This document shows, piece after piece, positions 18,037-27,457 of a DNA stretch of 64,000 nt. The position numbers and the translations under genes are program-made. Position 1 is the stretch's first letter, and every line of letters starts with the position of its first letter. The notes below the pieces were generated by a model. It saw only the letters and a program-made list of their open reading frames with translations. It did no database searches and was not told the DNA's origin. Source of the DNA: Thermoanaerobaculia bacterium. Lineage in GTDB: Bacteria > Acidobacteriota > Thermoanaerobaculia > Multivoradales > Multivoraceae. Location: NCBI GenBank assembly GCA_963666565.1, contig OY762911.1:4722145-4786144 (forward strand), given 5' to 3'.

Positions 18037-18822
18037 CTAGCGAGGCAGCGCCTGGAAGTAGCCGCCCCGTTCCACGACTTCCACGCCAACCTCGAACAGC
18101 TCGGACAGTGTCGCGCTCGTCAGAACTTCGTCCTTCGGCCCGTCCGCGAACACCCGTCCGGCCTTGAGCAGCACGACCCGCTCGACCTCTGGCGGGATCT
18201 GGTCGACGTGGTGGGTGACGATGACCAGCGTCGTGCCAGCCGCCGCCAGGGCCCGCAGCCGCTCCATCAACCCGAACGCGGCCTTGAGGTCGAGGCCGGT
18301 CGCCGGCTCGTCGAGCAGGAGGGTGTGCGGCTCGTGGACCAGCGCCCGCGCCAACAGCAGGCGCCTCTGCTCGCCGGAGGAGAGCGTGTCGAACCGGCGC
18401 TCCAGCAGGTCGCCGGCGCCCTGGCTCGCCGCAGTTGCCACGGCCCGCTGCCGCTGAGCGTCCGTCAACCCCTGGTGCCGGTAGACGCCGACGCTGGCGA
18501 AGAAGCCGGAGCACACCACGTCCAGGCCCGAGAGCCAGCCGTGGTGCGTCGCCTGCAACTCGTGCGACACAACGCCGAGCTGCCGGCGCACATCGAACAC
18601 GTTCCACCGGTTCCGGCCCAGCAACCGCATCCGGACACCCGGCCGCCGCAACGGGAAGAACTCGCCGTTCAGCATCCGCAACAGAGTCGACTTGCCGGCG
18701 CCGTTGGGACCGAGAACGGCCACGTTCTGCCGCTGAGGAATCGTCAGCGACACCCGGTCCAGGGCCCGCCGGCCGCCCCGCACCACGGTCACCTCTCCCA
18801 GTTCGACGAGCGACGGGATCAC
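18037..18822 (-). CDS. ABC transporter ATP-binding protein (ModF-like)
   Basis: GPNGAGKS, LSSGEQRR, LLLDEP and VTHH motifs. Confidence 0.9.
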   Translation of the reverse strand: MIPSLVELGEVTVVRGGRRALDRVSLTIPQRQNVAVLGPNGAGKSTLLRMLNGEFFPLRRPGVRMRLLGRNRWNVFDVRRQLGVVSHELQATHHGWLSGLDVVCSGFFASVGVYRHQGLTDAQRQRAVATAASQGAGDLLERRFDTLSSGEQRRLLLARALVHEPHTLLLDEPATGLDLKAAFGLMERLRALAAAGTTLVIVTHHVDQIPPEVERVVLLKAGRVFADGPKDEVLTSATLSELFEVGVEVVERGGYFQALPR

Positions 18823-18921
18823 GGCAGCACCGGCATGGAGGACTGGCGATTCGAGCGCTTCAGCGGGCCGGAACGGGCACGGCAGCCGCCTGCCGGACAA
18901 CGGCCGATTCCCGGCACGGAA

Positions 18922-19743
18922 CTACCGGCCCCGGAACCGCGGCGGCCGCTTCTCCAGGAACGCCTTGCGGCCCTCGACGTAGTCGTCGGAGCGGAAGCAG
19001 GCCTCGACGAGCTGCTTCACGCGGTCCAGGTCGCGGCGTTCCGGGTCCTTGGTGGCCTGCTTGATCGCGAACTTGGCGGCGCGGAGCGTCAGCGGGGCAT
19101 TGGCGGCCATCCTGCCGGCCAGATCGCGGACGGTGTCCTCCAGATCGTCGACGGCGGCGACCCGGTCGATCAGCCCCATGTGCATCGCCTCGGCGGCCGT
19201 GAACCGGCGCGCCGTCAGCAGGATCTCGCTGGTGCGGGACGGCCCGACGAGATCGACCAGCACCTTGATCCCGGCGAAGCCGTAGCCCACGCCGAGCCGG
19301 CCGGCCGGGATCCCGAACAGCGAGTCCTCCGAGGCGATACGCAGGTCCGCGTTGAGCGCCGTGGCCAGACCGCCGCCGAGGCAGTAACCGCGGATCATCG
19401 CGATCAGCGGCTTCTCCAGCGCGGCGAACGCCCGGCCGGTCTCGCGGCCGGCGCGGTCGTAGCGTTCGCGGGCCTCGACGGTCGTCCGCAGCTTCTTGAA
19501 CTCGGAGATGTCGGCGCCGGACACGAAGGCCCGGTCACCGGCGCCGCGCAGCACGACGACCCGCACCGCGTCGTCCTCCTGGAACCGGCGCAAAACGAAG
19601 GCCGACGCCTCCTGCATCTCCAGAGACAGGGCGTTCCGCCGCTCCGGGTTGTTGTAGGTGAGCCAGCCGACGCCGTCGTCGATCCTCGCCTCGATCTTCG
19701 TCGTCGGCAGGTCGACGACCGTCGCTTCGGAGGTCGCGGTCAC
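18922..19743 (-). CDS. Enoyl-CoA hydratase/isomerase
   Basis: RRNAL, AFVSGADI, GYCLGGG and DYVEGRKAFLEKR motifs. Confidence 0.93.
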   Translation of the reverse strand: MTATSEATVVDLPTTKIEARIDDGVGWLTYNNPERRNALSLEMQEASAFVLRRFQEDDAVRVVVLRGAGDRAFVSGADISEFKKLRTTVEARERYDRAGRETGRAFAALEKPLIAMIRGYCLGGGLATALNADLRIASEDSLFGIPAGRLGVGYGFAGIKVLVDLVGPSRTSEILLTARRFTAAEAMHMGLIDRVAAVDDLEDTVRDLAGRMAANAPLTLRAAKFAIKQATKDPERRDLDRVKQLVEACFRSDDYVEGRKAFLEKRPPRFRGR

Positions 19744-19858
19744 TCTCGCTTCTCCGAGCAGAAGGCGCTGCGCCCTTCGCCGATCGGGGTCACGGCGCCG
19801 ACCTCTCGCTCCGCAGTCATTGCGCGCGTCCTCGAGAGCGGGCCTCCATCCTGCGTCA

Positions 19859-21037
19859 TCACGCCACGACTCCTCCGGCCCGAAGCTCGTCGATCTCTTC
19901 CTCGCCGAGCCCCGCCTCGGCGAGGATCTCGTCCGTGTGCTCGCCCAGCCCTGGCGCCGGGCTGCGCAGCTCGAAAGGCGTTCTGCTCAGCCGCACCGGC
20001 TGGCCCACGAGCCGCACCGGACCGAGGTCCGGGTGCTCCAGCGGCACGGCGATGCCACTGTGCTCCACCTGGGGGTCTGCGAAGGTCTGGCCCAGGTCGT
20101 AGACCGGACCGCACGGCAGACCGGCGTCGTTCAGGCGCTCGACGATCTCCTCCACCTTGAAGCGCCGGGTCAGGTCGGCGACCTCCTCCTCGAGCCGCGC
20201 GCGGTTGGCGACGCGCCGGGCGGAATCCCCGTACTCCGGCCGCTCGAGCAGTTCCTCGCCGCCGAGGGCCTGGCACATGCCGCGGAAGTGCTTGTCGCTC
20301 GTGGCCGCGATGTTGACCCAGCCGTCGGCCGCCGGGAACGTGCCCATCGGCGAGATCGTCGGGTGGTGGTTGCCCTGCTGGCCGGGGACTTCGCCCTCGA
20401 CCAGGTAGCGCGCGGCCTGAAAGTCGAGCATCCCGATCATCGCCTCGAGCAGCGAGGTCGTCACCCACTGCCCCTCGCCCGAACGCTCGCGTTCGCGCAG
20501 CGCCGCCATGATGCCGAAGGCGAGGTAGAGGCCGGCCGCCAAGTCCGAGATCGCCGTGCCGACCCGCACCGGGCCCTGACCGGGCAGCCCCGTCACCGAC
20601 ATCAGCCCGCCCAGACCCTGGGCGATCTGGTCGACGCCGCCGCGATCCCGGTACGGCCCGGTCTGGCCGAAGCCGGACACGCTGGCGTAGACGATGCGCG
20701 GATTGACCGCCCGCACCGTCTCGTAGTCGAACCCGAGCCGGCGCTTCACGTCGGCGCGGTAGTTCTCGACCAGCACGTCCGCGTCGCGGGCCAGGCGCAG
20801 CAGCACCTCGCGGCCTTCGTCCTTCTTCAGGTCCAGCGTCAGGCAGCGCTTGTTCCGGTGGAGGTTCTGGTAGTCGTGGCCGAGCCGGCGCGAGATGCCG
20901 ATCTCCCTGCCGGGCGCCGGCGGGCGTTCGATCCGCACCACGTCGGCGCCCCAGTCCGCGAGCTGCCGCACCGCGGTCGGCCCGGCGCGGGCGATCGTCA
21001 GGTCGAGGACCCGCAGGTCCGCCAGGGGAAGCGACAT
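19859..21037 (-). CDS. CaiB/BaiF family (class III) CoA transferase
   Basis: LRVLDLT..AGP, HRNKR, ENYR and SGFGQTGPY motifs. Confidence 0.93.
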   Translation of the reverse strand: MSLPLADLRVLDLTIARAGPTAVRQLADWGADVVRIERPPAPGREIGISRRLGHDYQNLHRNKRCLTLDLKKDEGREVLLRLARDADVLVENYRADVKRRLGFDYETVRAVNPRIVYASVSGFGQTGPYRDRGGVDQIAQGLGGLMSVTGLPGQGPVRVGTAISDLAAGLYLAFGIMAALRERERSGEGQWVTTSLLEAMIGMLDFQAARYLVEGEVPGQQGNHHPTISPMGTFPAADGWVNIAATSDKHFRGMCQALGGEELLERPEYGDSARRVANRARLEEEVADLTRRFKVEEIVERLNDAGLPCGPVYDLGQTFADPQVEHSGIAVPLEHPDLGPVRLVGQPVRLSRTPFELRSPAPGLGEHTDEILAEAGLGEEEIDELRAGGVVA

Positions 21038-21046
21038 GAGCCGGAA

Positions 21047-21781
21047 TCAGACCTCGGGCACCGCGGCATCGACCGACCGTGCATCGGGCGGCCGCTCCAG
21101 ATCCCGCAGGAGCCAGGACAACGCTTCCTCGACCTGCCGCTTCGCGCCGTGCTCGACGATGTCGCCGTGGCAGGGAACGAGGCGGTCGAACGGACAACAG
21201 AGCATGCGGAGACAGCTTGCCGCGGCCGCGGGCCGGTCCCGCACCGCCAGTCGGAAGACCCGGCTCTGCGCCACCCGGCCGTAGCCCCCGGTCAGCCGCA
21301 GGTAGATCGTGACGGCCGGCCCCAGCCGACGCCTGAGGTTGAAGAGCAGATCCGTCACCAGCAGCGACCCGCTCGGACGATGGACGAAGACGACCTCCTT
21401 GAACGTGGGCATGCCCTCGATGGGGATCGCCTGGAGTTCGTCGCCCCACGGCGCGGCGACCCCCAGCGTGCCGGCGAACGTCACGTCCGGCCGCTTCTTC
21501 TCAAGTCCCGGCGCCGCGTGAACTTCCGCCTCCGGAAATCGTTCGACCGCCGCCGGCAGGTGAAGGTGATGGAACAGGTTCGGGGCGACGAGGTACTCCA
21601 CGGGACCCAGCTCGCCGATCTCGGCCGCCCGCGCATCGTCCATCGGTCCCGGCGAGTGAATCCAGAGCCCGCCGGAGGCCAGCCGCACGATCGTCATCCG
21701 GCACGGCGCCGTGAGACCGAAACCGAACTTCTGACGATGCTCGGCGCACCAGACGCCGGAGCAGATCTCCCGAACACCCAT
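21047..21781 (-). CDS. DUF4336 family protein
   Basis: RMTIVRL..GGLWIHSP, APNLFHHL, EVVFVH and PCHG motifs. Confidence 0.8.
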   Translation of the reverse strand: MGVREICSGVWCAEHRQKFGFGLTAPCRMTIVRLASGGLWIHSPGPMDDARAAEIGELGPVEYLVAPNLFHHLHLPAAVERFPEAEVHAAPGLEKKRPDVTFAGTLGVAAPWGDELQAIPIEGMPTFKEVVFVHRPSGSLLVTDLLFNLRRRLGPAVTIYLRLTGGYGRVAQSRVFRLAVRDRPAAAASCLRMLCCPFDRLVPCHGDIVEHGAKRQVEEALSWLLRDLERPPDARSVDAAVPEV

Positions 21782-21816
21782 CCACGCAAGTATAGGAGTC
21801 GTAGAATCCCGAGGCC

Positions 21817-22800
21817 ATGCAGCCGATTCCCATCCGTCCCCGGCGCAACCGCCGCTCGACGGCGATCCGCTCGCTGGTCCGCGAGACGGACCTCGGACCG
21901 GACCGGCTCATCTACCCGCTGTTCGTCACGGAGGGCAGCGACGAGGCCGAACCGATCGACTCGATGCCCGGGCAGGCGCGGCTGAGCATCGACCGCCTGG
22001 TGGCCGAGAGCCGCGCCGCGCACGCGCTCGGCGTGCCGGCCGTGGCGCTGTTCCCGGCCGTGGACGACGAGCTGAAGGACCGCACCGCCAGCGGCGCCCT
22101 GGACCCGGACGGCCTGGTCCAGCGCGCCGTGCGCGAACTCAAGTCGGCGCTGCCGGACCTGCTCGTGATCACCGACGTGGCGATGGACCCGTACTCGAGC
22201 GACGGCCACGACGGCCTGGTCGAGGACGGCGAGATCGTGAACGACCCGACGCTCGAGATCCTCGCCGCCACCGCGGTCTCCCAGGCCGACGCCGGCGCCG
22301 ACGTCATCGCCCCCTCGGACATGATGGACGGCCGGGTGCGGGCGATCCGCGCCGCCCTCGACGCCGCCGGCCACGACCAGGTCGGCATCCTCAGCTACAC
22401 CTCGAAGTACGCCTCGCACTTCTACGGCCCGTTCCGCGACGCCCTCGACTCGGCGCCCCGCGCCGGCGACAAGAAGACGTACCAGATGGACCCGGCGAAC
22501 GTCCGCGAGGCGGTGCGCGAGGCCCGGCTGGACGCCCAGGAAGGGGCGGACGTCGTCATGGTCAAGCCCGCCCTCGCCTACCTCGACGTGATCCGCGCCG
22601 TCCGCGAGGCGGTCGACCTGCCGGTCGCCGCCTACCAGGTGAGCGGCGAGTACGCGATGATCCAGGCGGTCGCCGCGAACGGCTGGATGGACGGCGACGC
22701 GCTGATGATCGAGACCCTCACTTCCATTCGCCGCGCCGGCGCCGACATGATCCTCACCTACTTCGCCCGGCGCTGCGCCGAGGTCCTGGACAGCCCGTGA
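21817..22800 (+). CDS. hemB: Porphobilinogen synthase
   Basis: RPRRNR, APSDMMDGRV, FYGPFRDA, VMVKP and AYQVSGEY; Asp-rich (non-Cys) metal site DPYSSDGHDG. Confidence 0.97.
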   Translation: MQPIPIRPRRNRRSTAIRSLVRETDLGPDRLIYPLFVTEGSDEAEPIDSMPGQARLSIDRLVAESRAAHALGVPAVALFPAVDDELKDRTASGALDPDGLVQRAVRELKSALPDLLVITDVAMDPYSSDGHDGLVEDGEIVNDPTLEILAATAVSQADAGADVIAPSDMMDGRVRAIRAALDAAGHDQVGILSYTSKYASHFYGPFRDALDSAPRAGDKKTYQMDPANVREAVREARLDAQEGADVVMVKPALAYLDVIRAVREAVDLPVAAYQVSGEYAMIQAVAANGWMDGDALMIETLTSIRRAGADMILTYFARRCAEVLDSP

Positions 22801-24437
22801 CGCGCCGCCCGTTCGCGGCCTGCCTGGTCGCTCTCGGCGCTGCCGCGGCGCTCGGAGCTTGCACGACGGAACCGGGTGCGCCGACGCCTTCCGCGGCTTC
22901 CGGGCAAGACGCGGCGCGAAGCGGCGACCGATCCGCGGGCGCCACGGCGGAAAGGCCGCCGAACATCGTCTTCTTCCTTGTCGACGACATGGGCTGGCGC
23001 GACGTCGGCGTCTTCGGCAGCACGTTCCACGAGACGCCGCACATCGACGCACTCGCCGAGCAGGGCGTGCGCTTCACCAATGCGTACGCGGCGACGCACG
23101 TCTGTTCGCCTACCCGCGCCTCGCTCATGACCGGCAAGTACCCGGCAAGGCTGCGCCTGACGGACTGGCTGCCGGGCCGCAGAGAGCACGCCTTCGAACG
23201 GCTGTTGAGCGCCGAAAAGCTGGCCGCCCTGCCGCTGGAGGAAGTGACGCTGGCCGAAGCGCTCAGGGAACACGGCTACAGCACGGCGATCTTCGGCAAG
23301 TGGCACCTCGGCGGCGACGAGGCGGGACCGCTCAACCAGGGCTTCGACGTGCAGAAGCCCGACTTCCCCGGTTCGACCCCTCGCGGCGGCTACTTCCCGC
23401 CGTACCTGATGGCCGGCCTGGTCGTCGAAGGCGAGGAAGACGAGTACCTCACCGACCGCCTGACCGATTTCGCCGTCGAGTTCATCGAGGAGAGCCGGGA
23501 CCGCCCCTTCTTCCTCTACTTGTCGCACTTCGCCGTACACGACCCGATCGAGGGACGCCCGGACCTGGTCCTGGAGTACCGCGAGAAGCTGGCGACGATG
23601 GCGCCTCCGGCCGAGCCGGCCTTCCTCCTGGAAGGCAATCCCGACGATCCCGAGCCGCTTTCGCGCGCCCAACTGAACGCCCTGCTGGAACAGCCCTCGC
23701 ATCGGGAGCACCGGGTGCTGCCCCAGAACACCGTCAAGATCAAACAGCATCAGGACAACGTCGAGTTCGCGGCGATGGTCGCCGCGGTCGACGACAGCCT
23801 GGGGCGGGTGCGGAGCGCGCTCGACCGGCTGGGGCTGACCGGGAACACGATCGTCGTCTTCTACTCGGACAACGGCGGGATGTCCGCGGCCAACCTCGGC
23901 AATCCCGCGAGGAAGGTGCCCCCCGACCTGCTGGACGTCGCCTACTCCACGTCGAACCTGCCGCTGCGCGGCGCCAAGGGCTGGCTGTACGAAGGCGGGA
24001 TCCGGGTACCGCTCATCGTGCGCTGGCCGGGCGCGGGCCGGGCCGGCGCGGTCCACGACGAGCCGGTCATCAGCCCCGACTTCTATCCCACGCTGCTGGA
24101 GATGGCCGGGCTGCCCGCCAGGCCCGAACAGCACGTCGACGGCGTGAGCTTCGCCGCGGCGGTCAAGGGCGAGGACTTCGAGCGCGGACCGATCTACTGG
24201 CACTTCCCCCACTACAGCAATCACGGGATGCAGAGCCCCGGCGGCGCGGTCCGCGATGGCGCCTGGAAGCTGCTGGAGTACTTCGAGAACGGCACGGTGC
24301 AGCTCTTCGACCTGGAGAACGACCTGGGCGAGCGGCGCGACCTCGCCGCCGAGCGGCCGGCGAAGGCTGCGGAGCTGCGCGACCGGCTCCACGCCTGGCG
24401 GGAGGCCGTGTCGGCGGCGATGCCGACGAGTCGCTGA
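22797..24437 (+). CDS. Cys-type sulfatase, probable lipoprotein
   Basis: LGAC lipobox, PNIVFFLVDDMG, CSPTRASLMTG, GKWHLG and SDNG motifs. Confidence 0.93.
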   Translation: MTRRPFAACLVALGAAAALGACTTEPGAPTPSAASGQDAARSGDRSAGATAERPPNIVFFLVDDMGWRDVGVFGSTFHETPHIDALAEQGVRFTNAYAATHVCSPTRASLMTGKYPARLRLTDWLPGRREHAFERLLSAEKLAALPLEEVTLAEALREHGYSTAIFGKWHLGGDEAGPLNQGFDVQKPDFPGSTPRGGYFPPYLMAGLVVEGEEDEYLTDRLTDFAVEFIEESRDRPFFLYLSHFAVHDPIEGRPDLVLEYREKLATMAPPAEPAFLLEGNPDDPEPLSRAQLNALLEQPSHREHRVLPQNTVKIKQHQDNVEFAAMVAAVDDSLGRVRSALDRLGLTGNTIVVFYSDNGGMSAANLGNPARKVPPDLLDVAYSTSNLPLRGAKGWLYEGGIRVPLIVRWPGAGRAGAVHDEPVISPDFYPTLLEMAGLPARPEQHVDGVSFAAAVKGEDFERGPIYWHFPHYSNHGMQSPGGAVRDGAWKLLEYFENGTVQLFDLENDLGERRDLAAERPAKAAELRDRLHAWREAVSAAMPTSR

Positions 24438-24460
24438 GCCCCTGCCCGGTTGGCGCCGCC

Positions 24461-24620
24461 GGACGGTCGCCGCTTCGCGGCGCGTTCTTGTCGGAAGCCG
24501 GCGAGGGCGCCGGCGCACCCAGTGTGCGGCGGCGCAGGCTCCCCCGAGCGCCAGTGCGGGGCGGCGCGTCCTGCTTCGGAAGCCGGCGAGGGCGCCGGCA
24601 CACCCAGTGTGCGGCGGCGC
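24461..24620. repeat. REP-like cluster with ~45-bp direct repeat
   Basis: TCGGAAGCCGGCGAGGGCGCCGGC[G/A]CACCCAGTGTGCGGCGGCGC at 24491-24535 and 24576-24620. Confidence 0.85.
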
Positions 24621-24632
24621 CAGGTTCCGCAG

Positions 24633-25316
24633 TCAGCGGGCGGCGCGGAACAGGAACAGGTGCTGGGTCGGCAGCGAGTCGATCCGTTCGACCAGCTCGT
24701 AGCCGGCCGGGATCCACTCCTTCATCACCTGTTCGATCGACATCCGGTGGTCGAGCTTGATGTGAGCCGCGCTGCGGCCCTCCAGCCGGAACTCGACGAG
24801 GGCGATGACGCCGTCGGGCGCGAGCGCCTTCCGCATCGCATGGAGCATCGGCTCGGGCCGGGAGAACTCGTGGTACACGTCGACGAGCAGCATCAGGTCG
24901 ACCTCGCCCTCCGGCAGGTTCGGATCGTCTTCGGCGCCGAGCACCGTGCCGATGTTCTCGATCCCTTCGCGGGCCGCGAGTTCCGACGCGATCCGCAGCA
25001 TCTGCGGCTGAATGTCGTTGCACAGCACCGTGCCCTCGGGGCCGACCTCCGCCGCCAGCCGGCGTGCGTGGTAGCCCGAGCCGCAGCCGATGTCGACGAC
25101 CAGCATCCCCTTCTCGATCGGCAGGGCGGCGATCAGCGCGTCGGGGTTCTCCTCTTCGATCCGCGTCGCCCGCTCCAGCCATCCGGCGCCGCGGAACGAC
25201 ATGACGTCGGCGATCTTGCGGCCCTTGTAGACGCCGGGTTCGTCCGGCGCCTGCGCGGACACGACCGCGTGGAACGGCGCCGCCAGCGCGATGACGGCAA
25301 CAGCGAAACGACTCAT
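24633..25316 (-). CDS. Class I SAM-dependent methyltransferase with signal-like N-terminus
   Basis: VVDIGCGSGY and LVDVYHEF motifs. Confidence 0.85.
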   Translation of the reverse strand: MSRFAVAVIALAAPFHAVVSAQAPDEPGVYKGRKIADVMSFRGAGWLERATRIEEENPDALIAALPIEKGMLVVDIGCGSGYHARRLAAEVGPEGTVLCNDIQPQMLRIASELAAREGIENIGTVLGAEDDPNLPEGEVDLMLLVDVYHEFSRPEPMLHAMRKALAPDGVIALVEFRLEGRSAAHIKLDHRMSIEQVMKEWIPAGYELVERIDSLPTQHLFLFRAAR

Positions 25317-25396
25317 GACGAGCCGGACGCTATCGCACGCCCGCGCGCAGGCCTCCGGTGGTAGAATCGCCGATTCTCGAAAGGCAGGAACCCCCC

Positions 25397-26188
25397 ATGA
25401 GAATCTTCACCCTTCTTGTTCCGGCCCTTCTCGGCTCGGCCGTACTGGCGCAGGAGAACCGCCTGACCTCGGCTCGTCTCGACGGCGACGTGCTTCGCCT
25501 GAGCGTCAACGACGAGCTGCAGGCGGTACGGCACTTCCCCCTGCCCGGTCCGCCCCGCGTCGTGGTCGACCTGTTCGGCATCGATGCGTCGGTCGCCGAG
25601 ATGCCGGCGCCGGCGGCCGGCAGCCCGGCCTTCGAGGTGCGCACCGGCCAGCACCCCGGCTTCGTCCGCGTGGTTGTCGATCTGAAATCGGCCCTGCCGT
25701 CCTACCAGGTGCGCCAGTCGGAAGGACTCGTCGAGATCGGTCTCGGCACGACTCTCCCGCCGTCGGCGACCGGGGTCCTGGTCGGAGAGTCGCCGGTTCC
25801 CGGCGCCGCGCCGGCGCCGCGACCGGCCGCGGCACCGGTGGTCGACGTCGCCGTCGAGGCGGCGCCCGCCGCGCGGCCGGCACCGTCGGCCTCTCCCGCA
25901 TCGCCGGCGCCGACGGGGAGCGCACTGCAGAACCTCGACGACCTGACGACGGACGAGCTCCTGGAGCTCATCGACGCGGAACTCGCCGCGGCCGGGCTCG
26001 ATCAGCAGGAGTCGGCGGAGGAGCTGATCGAGCAGGTCGAAGCCGAGCTGGCCGCCCGCCCGCCGAGCCCGGCCGTCCCAGAGGCGCCGGCCGAACCGGA
26101 ACGGCGGGCGCCCGCGGAGGTTGGCGATCCCGCGGATCGGCCGCCGTTCCGCTTCATCGACGAAGAGCCGGACGCTCCGCCGAAGTAG
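25397..26188 (+). CDS. Secreted AMIN-domain protein with Pro/Ala-rich tail
   Basis: Signal peptide; PPRVVVDL..VRTGQH..VRVVVDL. Confidence 0.7.
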   Translation: MRIFTLLVPALLGSAVLAQENRLTSARLDGDVLRLSVNDELQAVRHFPLPGPPRVVVDLFGIDASVAEMPAPAAGSPAFEVRTGQHPGFVRVVVDLKSALPSYQVRQSEGLVEIGLGTTLPPSATGVLVGESPVPGAAPAPRPAAAPVVDVAVEAAPAARPAPSASPASPAPTGSALQNLDDLTTDELLELIDAELAAAGLDQQESAEELIEQVEAELAARPPSPAVPEAPAEPERRAPAEVGDPADRPPFRFIDEEPDAPPK

Positions 26189-26237
26189 AGGTCGCCGGCC
26201 AGGGCCGGCGGCTGGCTTCCAGGGGCTTCGCCCCAGG

Positions 26238-26290
26238 GCGGGTCGGAAGACCCGCGCACCCAGTGCGGGTCGGAAGACCCGCGCACCCAG
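26238..26290 (-). repeat. Tandem REP-like pair, exact reverse complement of 1266-1318
   Basis: GCGGGTCGGAAGACCCGCGCACCCAG twice, separated by T. Confidence 0.9.
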
Positions 26291-26307
26291 CCAGCGCACC
26301 GGGTGGA

Positions 26308-26814
26308 TCAGCACCAGAAGCACCAGTGGTAGGGCGGCCGGAAGTAGGTGATCAGCCGGCCGCAGACGATGACGCCGATCCAGCAGACCAGGGAGACCGC
26401 CGCCGCGGTGCGGGCGCCCGCCGGCGCCGGCGCGCCGGCCGCAGCCGCCCGCACGGGCCGGAAGGCGAAGCGGTAGAAAACGAGGATGTTCAGGCCGGCG
26501 ATCGCCATCAGCGACAGCTTGATCTGGAACGCGGGGTTGTAGAGATACTGGTTCGGAGCGCTGACCACGAACAGGAAGCCGGTACACAGGTTGAGCGCGT
26601 AGCCGCCGACTCCCCAGGGCACGAGCCGGTGCAGCGCTCCCATCGGCACGCCGCGCGCCACCCCGAGCAGGCGCAGGTCCCAGAGACCGATGCAGCCGAT
26701 CAGCAGGGACAGGCCCAGGAAGTGGAGCGACTCCACCGTCGGCCAGCCCCAGGACGTGTGCATGAAGTTGTAGATGCCGCTCTTCTGGCCGATCGAGTAC
26801 AGCAGGTCTTCCAT
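26308..26814 (-). CDS. DUF6644-like membrane protein
   Basis: ESLHFLGLSLLIG..DLRLLG, NPAFQIK and GRLITY motifs. Confidence 0.75.
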   Translation of the reverse strand: MEDLLYSIGQKSGIYNFMHTSWGWPTVESLHFLGLSLLIGCIGLWDLRLLGVARGVPMGALHRLVPWGVGGYALNLCTGFLFVVSAPNQYLYNPAFQIKLSLMAIAGLNILVFYRFAFRPVRAAAAGAPAPAGARTAAAVSLVCWIGVIVCGRLITYFRPPYHWCFWC

Positions 26815-26833
26815 GGCGCCGGCCCGCTCCGTC

Positions 26834-27337
26834 TCAGTACAGGAGGTGCGAGGCCAGCATGACCTTCGCGGTGTAGGCGAGGAAGCGCCCGGAAGTGATG
26901 ACGGCGACCCAGAGCACGAGCGATGCCGCGGCCAGCGCCTTCTCCTTCCCCGGCGCCGGCGCCGCGTCGTGGCGCGAGTCTCCCAGTACGCCCCGCATCA
27001 GCGCTCTCATGATCCAGAGCGCCGCGGCGATCGCCGCCAGCTTGAAGTAGAAGACCGGGTTGGTCAGCGCCTTCGCCGGATAGGCCAGGAGCAGGGCGAG
27101 GCCCGAGACCGTGACCACGGCCAAGCTCGCCCAGAGCGCCGGCAGGTAGCGCCGCATGAGCGACCGGGGCACGCCCGGCGCGACGCCCAGGATGCGGAGG
27201 TCCGTCACGACATGGATGCCGGCCACGAAGGCCATTCCGATCGAATGGAAAACGAGACTCGAGAAGAACGCCCCGCCCGACTCCCGCATCCAGGTCGACG
27301 GGCGGGTCTCCTCGAGCCAGATCAGAAAGTCGATCAC
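26834..27337 (-). CDS. DUF6644-like membrane protein (paralog)
   Basis: HSIGMAF..DLRILG, NPVFYFK and GRFLAY motifs. Confidence 0.75.
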   Translation of the reverse strand: MIDFLIWLEETRPSTWMRESGGAFFSSLVFHSIGMAFVAGIHVVTDLRILGVAPGVPRSLMRRYLPALWASLAVVTVSGLALLLAYPAKALTNPVFYFKLAAIAAALWIMRALMRGVLGDSRHDAAPAPGKEKALAAASLVLWVAVITSGRFLAYTAKVMLASHLLY

Positions 27338-27457
27338 CCTGGCGGCCCGGACGCGGCTAGGAACTTGCGCCGTGGAACGCAGCGCGGCAAGTTCCGCGGC
27401 GCGAGTTCTGGAGGTGGGGGCTGAGGCCAAACATGGAGCCTGCGACAGGTTTGGCGG

